Notes: generated by a model not told the origin, from the letters alone. Numbered from the stretch's first letter, positions 11,913 to 20,471 are shown. The stretch is 64,000 nt of DNA from an uncultured Prevotellaceae bacterium (GCA_947307015.1 CAMZHV010000001.1:12846-76845); one strand, 5' to 3'. Numbers and translations are program-made.

Positions 11913-13802
11913 ATGGCAGATAGTTTAAACATCCAAGAGCTGGAGCAGGTGGTGGTCCGCTTCTCCGGCGACAGCGGCGACGGTATGCAGCTCGCCGGCA
12001 ACATCTTCTCCACGGTATCGGCTACCGTGGGCAACAGTATCTCCACGTTCCCCGACTATCCCGCCGACATCCGCGCTCCGCAAGGCTCGCTGACGGGTGT
12101 GAGCGGCTTTCAGGTGCACATCGGTGCTGCTCAGGTCTATACGCCTGGTGACCAGTGCGACGTCTTAGTGGCAATGAACGCAGCAGCCTTCAAGACACAA
12201 CTGCGTTATGCCAAGCCTAACGCCACGATCATCATCGACACCGACTCCTTCACGAAGAAGGACCTCGACAAGGCGGAATTCAAGACCGACGACTACATCG
12301 CTGAGATGGGCGTTGACCCCGACCGTGTCATCGCCTGTCCGCTGACCACGATGGTCAAAGACGCGCTGGCCGACACGGGTATGGATGCGAAGAGCGTGCT
12401 CAAGTGCCGCAATATGTTTGCGCTGGGCCTCGTCTGCTGGCTGTTCAGCCGCGACCTGAACGTGGCTTTCAACTTCCTGCGTGAGAAGTTCGCCAAGAAG
12501 CCGGCCATCGCCGAGGCTAACATCAAGGTGATTCAGGCAGGTTACGACTACGGTCACAATACGCACTCCAGCGCGATGAACGTCTATCGCATTGAGTCGA
12601 AGGAAAAGAAGCCCGGACGCTACATGGATATCACAGGCAACAAGGCCACAGCTTACGGCTTCATCGCTGCTGCCGAGAAGGCTGGCTTGCAGCTCTACCT
12701 CGGCTCCTATCCCATCACCCCTGCTACGGATGTGCTTCATGAACTTTCGAAGCATAAGAGCCTAGGTGTGAAGACGGTGCAGTGTGAGGACGAAATTGCA
12801 GGTTGCTCATCGGCTGTTGGTGCAAGCTTTGCCGGTGCATTGGCTGTGACCTCCACCTCCGGTCCTGGCATCTGCCTCAAAAGCGAGGCAATGAACCTGG
12901 CGGTCATCATGGAATTGCCACTCGTCGTCCTCGACGTACAGCGCGGAGGTCCTGCTACGGGTCTCCCCACGAAATCGGAACAGACGGACCTCTTGCAGGT
13001 ACTCTTCGGTCGCAACGGTGAGAGCCCGATGCCTGTGATGGCAGCTCTCTCACCAACGGACTGCTTCGCAGCGGCTTACGACGCTTCGAAGATGGCGTTG
13101 GAGCACATGACGCCCGTCGTGCTCTTGACCGATGCTTTCATCGCCAACGGCAGCGGCGCCTTCAAACTGCCTGACCTCGAAAAGATGCCTGCCATCAAGC
13201 CGCCGTATGTGCCCGAGGAGCTGCGCGGCAGTTGGACGCCTTATATGCGTGCTGAAAACGGCGCCCGCTACTGGGCTGTACCGGGGCGCGAGGGCTTTGA
13301 ACATATTCTCGGCGGACTGGAGAAGGACAACAAGACAGGTGCCATCAGTACCAATCCCGAGAACCACGACCTCATGACGCGTCTGCGTGCTGAGAAGGTG
13401 GCCAAGATCCAAGTCCCCGACCTCGAAGTGGAAGGTGATACCGCAGACGCCGACCTGCTGATAGTAGGCTTCGGTAGCACCTACGGACATCTGCACGCGG
13501 CAATGGATGAACTGAGAGGAGTGGCGGCCCCCCATTCGGCCCCCAGGGGGGCTACGGATGTTAATCCCTATAAAGTGGCTCTTGCACAATTCCGTTATCT
13601 GAATCCCTTACCCGCAAATACAGCAGAGGTACTGAAGCGTTACCCAAAAGTAGTTGTCGCCGAACAGAACATGGGACAATTGGCTTCATATCTTCGCATG
13701 AAAATTGATAATTTTGTTCCCAAACAGTTTAACCAAGTCAAGGGCCAACCTTTCGTTGTTAGCGAATTGGTAGAAGCATTCAAGCAAATATTGGATGAAT
13801 AA
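11913..13802 (+). CDS. korA: 2-oxoglutarate/2-oxoacid:ferredoxin oxidoreductase subunit alpha (fused gamma-alpha type)
   Basis: 629 aa. FSGDSGDGMQLAG..., PITPATD and QRGGPATGLPTKSEQTDL motifs. Carries an in-frame module (VAAPHSAPRGATDV) at 13526-13560. Confidence 0.9.
   Translation: MADSLNIQELEQVVVRFSGDSGDGMQLAGNIFSTVSATVGNSISTFPDYPADIRAPQGSLTGVSGFQVHIGAAQVYTPGDQCDVLVAMNAAAFKTQLRYAKPNATIIIDTDSFTKKDLDKAEFKTDDYIAEMGVDPDRVIACPLTTMVKDALADTGMDAKSVLKCRNMFALGLVCWLFSRDLNVAFNFLREKFAKKPAIAEANIKVIQAGYDYGHNTHSSAMNVYRIESKEKKPGRYMDITGNKATAYGFIAAAEKAGLQLYLGSYPITPATDVLHELSKHKSLGVKTVQCEDEIAGCSSAVGASFAGALAVTSTSGPGICLKSEAMNLAVIMELPLVVLDVQRGGPATGLPTKSEQTDLLQVLFGRNGESPMPVMAALSPTDCFAAAYDASKMALEHMTPVVLLTDAFIANGSGAFKLPDLEKMPAIKPPYVPEELRGSWTPYMRAENGARYWAVPGREGFEHILGGLEKDNKTGAISTNPENHDLMTRLRAEKVAKIQVPDLEVEGDTADADLLIVGFGSTYGHLHAAMDELRGVAAPHSAPRGATDVNPYKVALAQFRYLNPLPANTAEVLKRYPKVVVAEQNMGQLASYLRMKIDNFVPKQFNQVKGQPFVVSELVEAFKQILDE
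13526..13560 (+). repeat. Type-B GC module, left end (GGCCCCCCATTC + GGCCCCCAGGGGGGCT + ACGGATG), in frame in korA
   Basis: Differs at 3 of 35 positions from the corresponding end of the 90-nt element in thrC (28400-28434, reverse complement). Confidence 0.85.
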
Positions 13803-14170
13803 TGAGCTACGACTACCAGACTGCCGATTCTGCTCTATATCACATATTGCGTGAAAATGCTGCATACAATAGGAATCACCCCACAGAAGCAGAAGCACTG
13901 CTTTGGGAATTCTTGGGTGCGGATGGACTGGGAGTTACATTCAAAAGCCAACATATTATAGGTGATTATATCGCGGATTTTGTATGTTTGACTTCCAAGT
14001 TAATCGTTGAACTCGACGGTGGATACCATCAACTCGCACAACAGCAAATAAGTGATGAGCAACGTACAGAATGGTTAGAAAGCAGAGGCTTCAAAATCAT
14101 CCGATTCACAAACGAAGAACTATTTCACAACGTTGACAAAGTATTAGATACGATAAAAGATAATCTATAA
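13802..14170 (+). CDS. DUF559 / Vsr-like endonuclease-domain protein
   Basis: 122 aa. DFVCLTSKLIVELDGGYHQ...EQRTEWLESRGFKIIRFTNEEL matches the DUF559 (PD-(D/E)xK, Vsr-like) pattern. TAATG overlaps with the korA stop and with the korB start. Confidence 0.85.
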   Translation: MSYDYQTADSALYHILRENAAYNRNHPTEAEALLWEFLGADGLGVTFKSQHIIGDYIADFVCLTSKLIVELDGGYHQLAQQQISDEQRTEWLESRGFKIIRFTNEELFHNVDKVLDTIKDNL

Positions 14171-15231
14171 TGAATACTAATTCCAATGCAAACGTAGCCC
14201 CCTCGGGGGCCGAAGGGGGGGCCGCTACTTGGATGGCTTCCGATTATAAGAAAGGGCAGCCGAGGTGGTGCCCGGGATGCGGAGATCATTTCTTCCTGGC
14301 ATCTTTGCATAAGGCGCTGGCCGAAATTGGCGTAGCGCCCAAGGACATCGCCGTCATCAGCGGTATCGGTTGCAGCAGTCGTCTGCCCCATTACATGGCC
14401 ACCTACGGCATGAACACCATTCACGGTCGTGCTGCCGCCATCGCCACTGGTGCGAAGGTGACGAATCCCAAGCTGGATGTGTGGCAGATCAGCGGCGACG
14501 GCGACGGCTTAGCCATTGGCGGTAACCATTTCATCCACGCCAACCGCCGAAACATCGACCTGAACATAATCCTGCTGAACAACCGTATCTACGGTTTGAC
14601 GAAGGGTCAGTACTCGCCCACCAGCCCTCGTGGCTTCGTCTCGAAGTCCAGCCCTTATGGCACTGTCGAGGATCCCTTCCGCCCCGCTGAGCTATGCTTT
14701 GGTGCCCGTGGTCATTTCTTCGCTCGTGCCGTGGCCACTGATGCTCCTGGTACCATCGAGGTACTGAAGGCTGCCCATGACCATAAGGGTGCCAGTGTCA
14801 CCGAGATCCTTCAAAATTGCGTCATCTTCAACAATGGTACGCACGATAGCGTCTATGACAAGGACGGCCGCAAGAAGAACGCCATCTACGTGCGTCACGG
14901 CGAGAAGCTCGTCTTTGGCGAGAACAACGAATTCGGTCTCGTGCAGCAGGGCTTTGGTCTCAAGGTCGTGGAGATTGGCAAGGACGGCTACACGCTCGAC
15001 GACGTTCTTGTCCACGATGCACACTGCGAGGACAACACGCTGCAGCTGAAGCTCGCCCTCATGGGCGATGGCGACGGTTTCCCCATCGCCCTCGGCGTCA
15101 TTCGCGATGTGGCAGCGCCCACCTATGATGATGCTGTCACCGCACAGATCGCAGAGGTCAGCGCCGCGAAGAAGTATCACAACTTCGCCGAGCTCCTCGA
15201 AACAAACGATATTTGGGAAGTTCGCGAGTAA
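14170..15231 (+). CDS. korB: 2-oxoglutarate/2-oxoacid:ferredoxin oxidoreductase subunit beta (TPP-binding)
   Basis: 353 aa. WCPGCGDH and GDGDGLAIGGNH motifs. An alternative in-frame ATG at 14233 lies just after the type-B module. Confidence 0.9.
   Translation: MNTNSNANVAPSGAEGGAATWMASDYKKGQPRWCPGCGDHFFLASLHKALAEIGVAPKDIAVISGIGCSSRLPHYMATYGMNTIHGRAAAIATGAKVTNPKLDVWQISGDGDGLAIGGNHFIHANRRNIDLNIILLNNRIYGLTKGQYSPTSPRGFVSKSSPYGTVEDPFRPAELCFGARGHFFARAVATDAPGTIEVLKAAHDHKGASVTEILQNCVIFNNGTHDSVYDKDGRKKNAIYVRHGEKLVFGENNEFGLVQQGFGLKVVEIGKDGYTLDDVLVHDAHCEDNTLQLKLALMGDGDGFPIALGVIRDVAAPTYDDAVTAQIAEVSAAKKYHNFAELLETNDIWEVRE
14194..14223 (-). repeat. Type-B GC module, right end (GTAGCCCCCTCGGGGGC + CGAA + GGGGGGGCC)
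   Basis: Inverted partner of 13526-13560. Resembles the other end of the thrC element (28345-28373). Read as VAPSGAEGGAA if korB starts at 14170. Confidence 0.8.
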
Positions 15232-15238
15232 TTTATTC

Positions 15239-15366
15239 ACAACGAATTTCACGAATTAAACGAATTCAGGTTGCGCAGTGTAAGAATGATCTTCGAATAG
15301 GTGTCATTCGTTATCAATCTTTGCTACACATAGAAAGTAATTCGTAAAATTCGTGTAATTCGTTGT
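15239..15366. repeat. AT-rich inverted-repeat element; each arm is three ACGAATT-type repeats
   Basis: Left arm acaacgaatttcacgaattaaacgaattc (15239-15267). The right arm (15337-15366) is its reverse complement, 26/30 by hand alignment. 69-nt spacer. Confidence 0.7.
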
Positions 15367-15385
15367 TCTAAAAGAAATATTTGAA

Positions 15386-16249
15386 GTGGACATCATCACC
15401 AGTACACAGAACCCTAAGATCAAGTTCTTGTTGGCGCTTCAGCAGAAATCGTCGGAGCGCCGCAAGAGTGGATTGTTCGTGGTCGAGGGACGGCGTGAAC
15501 TGGAACATTGTTTGGAGGCTGGTTACGAGGTGGAGAGCATATTTACGGACTCTCCCCCCGAACCAGTCCAGTCGGAACACTTAATAGTTCCGTCTTTCAG
15601 GCACCCTATAAGGGAGGGAGTGGTTACCTATGCTGTTTCCCGCCATGTGTACGAGCGTATCGCCTATCGAGGTAGCACTGAAGGTGTCATCGCTGTGGTG
15701 CGTGCCAAAGAGCACACTCTCGAGGATCTGCTCCCCTCCTTGACGGAAAAGGCTACGGGTAGGCAAGCTTTGCTCGGGAATGGGGTTGGGGGTGAGTCTT
15801 TATTTATTGTTTTGGAATCCGTGGAGAAGCCCGGTAATCTCGGCGCTGTGTTGCGCTCTGCTGATGCCGCTTCTGCCACTGCTGTCATCGTCTGCGACCC
15901 GCTGACCGATCTCTACAACCCCAACCTCATCCGTGCCTCCATCGGTGCCTGCTTCACTGTACCTACCGTAGCGTGCACGTCCGAGGAGTGTATCACGTTC
16001 ATGAAAACGCACGGTGTGCAGATCCTTACGGCACAGCTACAGGATTCCGAACTCTACTACGACACCGATATGACTGGCCCTACCGCCATTGTCATGGGCA
16101 CCGAATCTACAGGCCTCACCGACCTCTGGCGCCAAGCAGCAGATGCTCACATCCGCATCCCCATGCTTGGACACCTTGACTCTCTCAACGTCAGCGTTAG
16201 CGCAGCCATCCTCCTGTTCGAGGCGGTGCGCCAACGCTCTTCTCATTGA
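15386..16249 (+). CDS. TrmH/SpoU-family RNA 2'-O-methyltransferase
   Basis: 287 aa, GTG start. LESVEKPGNLGAVLRSADA, MGTESTGL and LNVSVSAAILLFE SpoU motifs. Two in-frame module insertions. Confidence 0.85.
   Translation: MDIITSTQNPKIKFLLALQQKSSERRKSGLFVVEGRRELEHCLEAGYEVESIFTDSPPEPVQSEHLIVPSFRHPIREGVVTYAVSRHVYERIAYRGSTEGVIAVVRAKEHTLEDLLPSLTEKATGRQALLGNGVGGESLFIVLESVEKPGNLGAVLRSADAASATAVIVCDPLTDLYNPNLIRASIGACFTVPTVACTSEECITFMKTHGVQILTAQLQDSELYYDTDMTGPTAIVMGTESTGLTDLWRQAADAHIRIPMLGHLDSLNVSVSAAILLFEAVRQRSSH
15548..15620 (+). repeat. Type-A module interrupted by a ~41-nt insert with its own hairpin (CGGAAC...GTTCCG), in frame in trmH
   Basis: GACTCTCCCCCCG ... CCCTATAAGGGAGGGAG. Translated as DSPPEPVQSEHLIVPSFRHPIREGV. 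Confidence 0.65.
15731..15798 (-). repeat. Degenerate, expanded type-A module in inverted orientation, in frame in trmH
   Basis: CTCCCCTCC...GGGGTTGGGGGTGAGTC. Translated as PSLTEKATGRQALLGNGVGGES (compare [11 protein letters not shown]). Confidence 0.55.
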
Positions 16250-16429
16250 CTACCAATCGATTTCCCATTCGCCTTTGACGCGATTTTCTTCATCGCTGTC
16301 ATCGGCATTGGGATCTATCTGTGGGTCGCCTTGGCCTTTACCACCACCATTGTAGGAGCTGTTGACCATGACGTGCTGACTTTCTATATTGACCACTTGA
16401 GTCATTGGTTGAAAATATATCTTTTTCAT
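16250..16429 (-). CDS. Small hypothetical protein (59 aa), doubtful
   Basis: ATG 12 nt after the stop of the 1337-aa gene. MKKIYFQPMTQVVNIESQHVMVNSS..., Gly-rich middle, acidic C-terminus ending EWEIDW. No recognisable domain. Confidence 0.3.
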   Translation of the reverse strand: MKKIYFQPMTQVVNIESQHVMVNSSYNGGGKGQGDPQIDPNADDSDEENRVKGEWEIDW

Positions 16430-16441
16430 AGTCAAGCCTTT

Positions 16442-19400
16442 TTATCTGATTGCAACCTTGTGACCATTGACAATATAAATACCGGGAGCCAATGGTTCAC
16501 GTTTCACTTTCCTTCCGCTCAGATCATATATCACGCCACTCTCTTCACTTGCGATAGTGGGTTTGATACCATCTATGCTTTCTTCTCCGTCGAAATGAAG
16601 GACAAAGTCCTTGACGTTCTGAGTAATGGATGATGGGAACTGGAAGTAGGCGCGGCAAGCCTTGAGGGTACGAGCCTTTGCTGTGTGCTTCAGGAGGTTG
16701 CCGGCAGTCAAGTAGTAGATGTCATCGTTGGCGGGCGTAATATTGAAGGCATCGTAGTAGCCGATGAACTTTACATTACCTTCTGCCATCGAGATGGTCC
16801 GATCTGCGAGGGCGGTGTTGACGAGGGTGACATTCATGAATGTCGGCGCTACAATTTCCTCATTACTTTCATTCCATTTGATGATATACGGTACACCAGC
16901 TTGTAATTCATTCACGTCTGCAAAGGTGAGGCTGACGGTGGTGCCGTCCATTGTGGCATCGCTGAGCGTCTTAGCCACTGCACCTTCTATTGGTGTCCCT
17001 GTGAAAGATATGTTGTCATCGGGATTGCTGTCGCTCACAATGAAAGGCAGGCAGATGGTGTTCCATTCGCCATCCCTGTACAGTGTGCGGTCGCTGAGTG
17101 TCACGTTACAGAGTTGTTGATCATTGTTTGCAATAATAGCACTATTCTGTTCCGAAGCATCTGCCAGTGTGATGGTGACTCGTTCCGAACTCTGCTTCTG
17201 GCGGTAGATTTGCGGTAGATTTCCTGTAGCAGAACTATAGCATGAGAAGATTGGAGTCCCGTTATTGGGGTTGTAACGGATGATATTCCGAGTATAAGCC
17301 CCCTGGAATGTAATGGTAGCCGTTCCCGAATTTATCGAAATGGACGCCTTGGCATTATCATCGGCTGTCTCTTCTGTTCGAAGGTAATTTTTACTGCTGC
17401 TGGCCGCATAGAGATAGCCATTGCCCACGTTGAACAAGAAATTATCTCCGTTTTTCTCCAAAGTGATGACCTGCGCATTATTATCAGGTGTCAGGGTTCC
17501 ATCACTATTCTTCGTAATGGATACAGCAGCACGATTGTTGTCGTTCTGAGTTGTTCCCAATACCATAGATTTATCGTTGTCTACGTCTGATGCAATTAGA
17601 ATTTTGTCTCCTTCCGCCAACGTGCTGGCATCAGTTACTAATTCGTAGCCATTGCTAACTATTGTCTCCTCATTATCGTAATCTTCATCTGTCGGACATA
17701 CATAATTATTGCAGCTAAAAGCCTCGTCAGCCTTCTTACCCCAGATGTACACTTCCAAACCGGGATAGTCAATGAAGGGGTTGCGGTTTTTCTGAAGGGC
17801 GTAGACTGCCTCGTTGCGTGCCGTCTCCTTATCGCTGACGGGGTCGTTCTTTGCCCATTTGATCAGCATCTTCAGCTGCCATTCTGAGAGACCTGGATAA
17901 GTGTTGCCGTCGAGGGTGGGACGAGATTCGGTATAGTTTGTGTACCAGTCGTGCAGCTTCTCCTCATAGCATATCACCATATAAAAATAGGTACGCGCAA
18001 AGTCACCCTTGTACTCATCGGCGGGTTCAAATACTGTGCCCTTGTATCCGGGGTCTGTACATGAGCCGAGTTTGCTGAAATCGTTGGTCGACTTATAGCT
18101 GTCGCCCGCTGTTTCACCGAGGGGATAGTTGGCGCGCTTGCCGTTGACGAAGCCGTCGGTGGGATAGATATGATGGAGGTCTGTATACATCGGTGTGTTA
18201 CTACCGAACCAGCTCTGTGGGAAGGAGTGTTCGCGGTTGTAGCAGTCGCCTTCTTTGCTATAATTGGAACCGCTTGTTACGGGATCATAGTTGGTGATAT
18301 TGGAGTACATATCCCATATCTTGCCATCGCTGCGTATATCGGTGGTCATGAAGGCTGACCAAAGATTGTCATATTGCAGTTCGGTTCGGTTGTAGATGAT
18401 TCCACTGAGGGCTGTCTTCAATTCCGCGCCTTTCTTACCGTCGGCTGCCAGATAGTATGTCAGTGCCGAGGGCTCATCGCCGCCGCCACCTGTGCCATTG
18501 TCAACATAGGTGACCTTCACCTGCTTAATTCGTCGGTGCCCACTCGTACCACTGATGGTGAATGTGACAGACGAGGCGCTACCTGTCCATGTACCATCGT
18601 CGTTGTATGTCCCAATATTTGTCGTGATTGAGTTGTTGGTCTTATCACCCGAACCGAAATTGAGTTCAATCTTGACGATAGTCTTGGAAGACGCAACTGT
18701 CATGGAGTTACTACCGTAGAGACGGATGGCTGTTCCCTCAGTATAATAGGTCGGTGTGTTGCTATTTGTCCCTTTGTCGAACGTGATGGAGCAATTCGTT
18801 CCTGTGACGTTTTCGATCTTTTGGGCATTTGCATAGCCCTTTTGCGAGAAGTCAAAGCTCTCTTTCGTTTCCTGGTCTTCCTCCTCAGTATTGCTTGCTT
18901 CCTCCCCTTTGAAATTAAAGGATATGGTGCCGTCAGCGTTCTGTGTGATATCTTCGACTGACGCGTTCAGGTAATTAGTGCCGTCGGTGTTTGCGTTATA
19001 GAGTTTTGCAGCAGGCGTTGTGTTCTTACCAAACGAATTGACAGCCCCATAAGGATAGGGATCGGTGGCCATACCTGCAGTAGTATAATACTTAGTGTCA
19101 TTATACATGGTATATTGATAATTATTGTCTGCTGCAATCCACGTCATACGCTGATGGCTGGGAACATCGTTCGGCGTATTACTCGCCCAAATGCTTGCAT
19201 CGTAGTCCACATGGAGGATGAGCAGCCCCTCGCCAGGCAGAGCGGCATCCCATCCCATCTTTTGACGGTTCTCCAAGAGTAAGTATTCGTCGCGATTCCC
19301 TGGGTTGTAGATGACATAGCTCTCGCCTTCCGCTGTTAATGCCTTCATGTTGCTAATGGTCTGCGTCGTGGTCAGCTCGATGGGCGTTTTCCAACCAGCC

Positions 19401-20455
19401 ACCCAGCGCTCGTAGCTGGTGTAGCCTGCGGGCTGGTGACCGTTGCCGTTGTATGATCCGCTGTCCATGAGATCCCAGTAGCCCATACCCTGACCGCCGC
19501 TGTAGTCCGTGTCGTAGAAGTCGGGATATCCGAGGCAATGGCTGAACTCATGGCACATCGTACCTATGCCGGCAATCTCGCCTGAACCGCTCAACTCGCC
19601 GCCACAGGCATAGGTGTTGATTTTCACACCGTCGAGCGTCTGTGCCCCACTGCCATCATTATAGTATTTAGCTTCGTTAAGTGTCCACTCATGTGGCCAA
19701 ATGGTAGATGAGGCACCGCCGTCGGCCTCTCCTTTACCAGCATAGACCACGTAGACCTGCTCCACTTCGCCATCGTCATTCCAGTCGTAGTTGGCGTAGT
19801 CGACCTGCGAATCGGCCAGCTTTAGTGCTTCAATAACCATCTCTGCTGGGTGCTTGTCGTTCCCCTCGCTGTCGTTCTCCCCATAGTAACTCCGAGCTTT
19901 CGACACTGTGACAGGTCCCACGACATCGAAATTCAACTTAAACTGTCCATCGCTCTGCGCATAGAAATAGTCGTACATCGACCCTTTGAAATCTCCCTCG
20001 GAGAGACCCACTTCATTGGCGATGCGCTGGTAGAGCGCATTATCATTGGCTTCCTGGAAAGAGGCATTAGAGAAATTAACCAGGATAATCAAACCCTTCT
20101 TCTCGCCTATAATTCCGCCAATCTCGCCGACACGCTTCGGCGCCAGGCGCCTCATACGGCGGCTGTTGACCTGTGAGCGGCGAGCCTGCGCCTTCTTAAC
20201 CACCTCTTGTCGATTCACTTGCTGGAATATTTCCGTACCGTCGACATCGAGGTATGCCTTGCCGTTGGAGGCCAGCCAGTAGTGACCGTGTTCGTCGCCC
20301 ACGAGTGTCGCCGTGACTGTGGTGTTGTCTGTCAATGTGAGTTTCTTGGTGATGCCGGGTTTGGCCGGCACGGCAAATGCGCTCAGCGCTATCAGCGCCA
20401 TCATGAGCGTGCAAAAGAATTGTTTCTTCATATAGATTGGATAGGATATAATCAT
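16442..20455 (-). CDS. Secreted fusion protein: M6 (immune inhibitor A-like) metalloprotease + endonuclease I domain + T9SS C-terminal sorting domain
   Basis: 1337 aa with a signal peptide. HEFSHCLGYPDFYD zinc site. NREHSFPQSWFG...LHHIYPTDGFVNGKRANYPLG...RNPFIDYP (endonuclease I). C-terminus VIYDLSGRKV...GIYIVNGHKVAIR (T9SS CTD). Confidence 0.85.
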   Translation of the reverse strand: MIISYPIYMKKQFFCTLMMALIALSAFAVPAKPGITKKLTLTDNTTVTATLVGDEHGHYWLASNGKAYLDVDGTEIFQQVNRQEVVKKAQARRSQVNSRRMRRLAPKRVGEIGGIIGEKKGLIILVNFSNASFQEANDNALYQRIANEVGLSEGDFKGSMYDYFYAQSDGQFKLNFDVVGPVTVSKARSYYGENDSEGNDKHPAEMVIEALKLADSQVDYANYDWNDDGEVEQVYVVYAGKGEADGGASSTIWPHEWTLNEAKYYNDGSGAQTLDGVKINTYACGGELSGSGEIAGIGTMCHEFSHCLGYPDFYDTDYSGGQGMGYWDLMDSGSYNGNGHQPAGYTSYERWVAGWKTPIELTTTQTISNMKALTAEGESYVIYNPGNRDEYLLLENRQKMGWDAALPGEGLLILHVDYDASIWASNTPNDVPSHQRMTWIAADNNYQYTMYNDTKYYTTAGMATDPYPYGAVNSFGKNTTPAAKLYNANTDGTNYLNASVEDITQNADGTISFNFKGEEASNTEEEDQETKESFDFSQKGYANAQKIENVTGTNCSITFDKGTNSNTPTYYTEGTAIRLYGSNSMTVASSKTIVKIELNFGSGDKTNNSITTNIGTYNDDGTWTGSASSVTFTISGTSGHRRIKQVKVTYVDNGTGGGGDEPSALTYYLAADGKKGAELKTALSGIIYNRTELQYDNLWSAFMTTDIRSDGKIWDMYSNITNYDPVTSGSNYSKEGDCYNREHSFPQSWFGSNTPMYTDLHHIYPTDGFVNGKRANYPLGETAGDSYKSTNDFSKLGSCTDPGYKGTVFEPADEYKGDFARTYFYMVICYEEKLHDWYTNYTESRPTLDGNTYPGLSEWQLKMLIKWAKNDPVSDKETARNEAVYALQKNRNPFIDYPGLEVYIWGKKADEAFSCNNYVCPTDEDYDNEETIVSNGYELVTDASTLAEGDKILIASDVDNDKSMVLGTTQNDNNRAAVSITKNSDGTLTPDNNAQVITLEKNGDNFLFNVGNGYLYAASSSKNYLRTEETADDNAKASISINSGTATITFQGAYTRNIIRYNPNNGTPIFSCYSSATGNLPQIYRQKQSSERVTITLADASEQNSAIIANNDQQLCNVTLSDRTLYRDGEWNTICLPFIVSDSNPDDNISFTGTPIEGAVAKTLSDATMDGTTVSLTFADVNELQAGVPYIIKWNESNEEIVAPTFMNVTLVNTALADRTISMAEGNVKFIGYYDAFNITPANDDIYYLTAGNLLKHTAKARTLKACRAYFQFPSSITQNVKDFVLHFDGEESIDGIKPTIASEESGVIYDLSGRKVKREPLAPGIYIVNGHKVAIR

Positions 20456-20471
20456 AAGTAGGTGTTCGTCC

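Larger units (their letters stand above)
13526..14223 (+). mobile_element. Candidate cassette bounded by type-B left and right ends, containing the korA 3' end and a DUF559 gene (hypothesis)
   Basis: Inverted type-B ends 633 nt apart. The interior is about 33-48% G+C in hand-counted 60-nt blocks, against 57-60% in the flanks. The same two ends occur 26 nt apart in thrC. Confidence 0.4.

Noticed and set aside
14170-14232. Treating the first 21 codons of korB as certainly translated
   Set aside because: ATG 14233, directly after the type-B arm, would give a normal KorB N-terminus (MASDYKKGQPRWCPGCGDH). Both starts remain possible, so I kept the longer one only because of the TAATG coupling.
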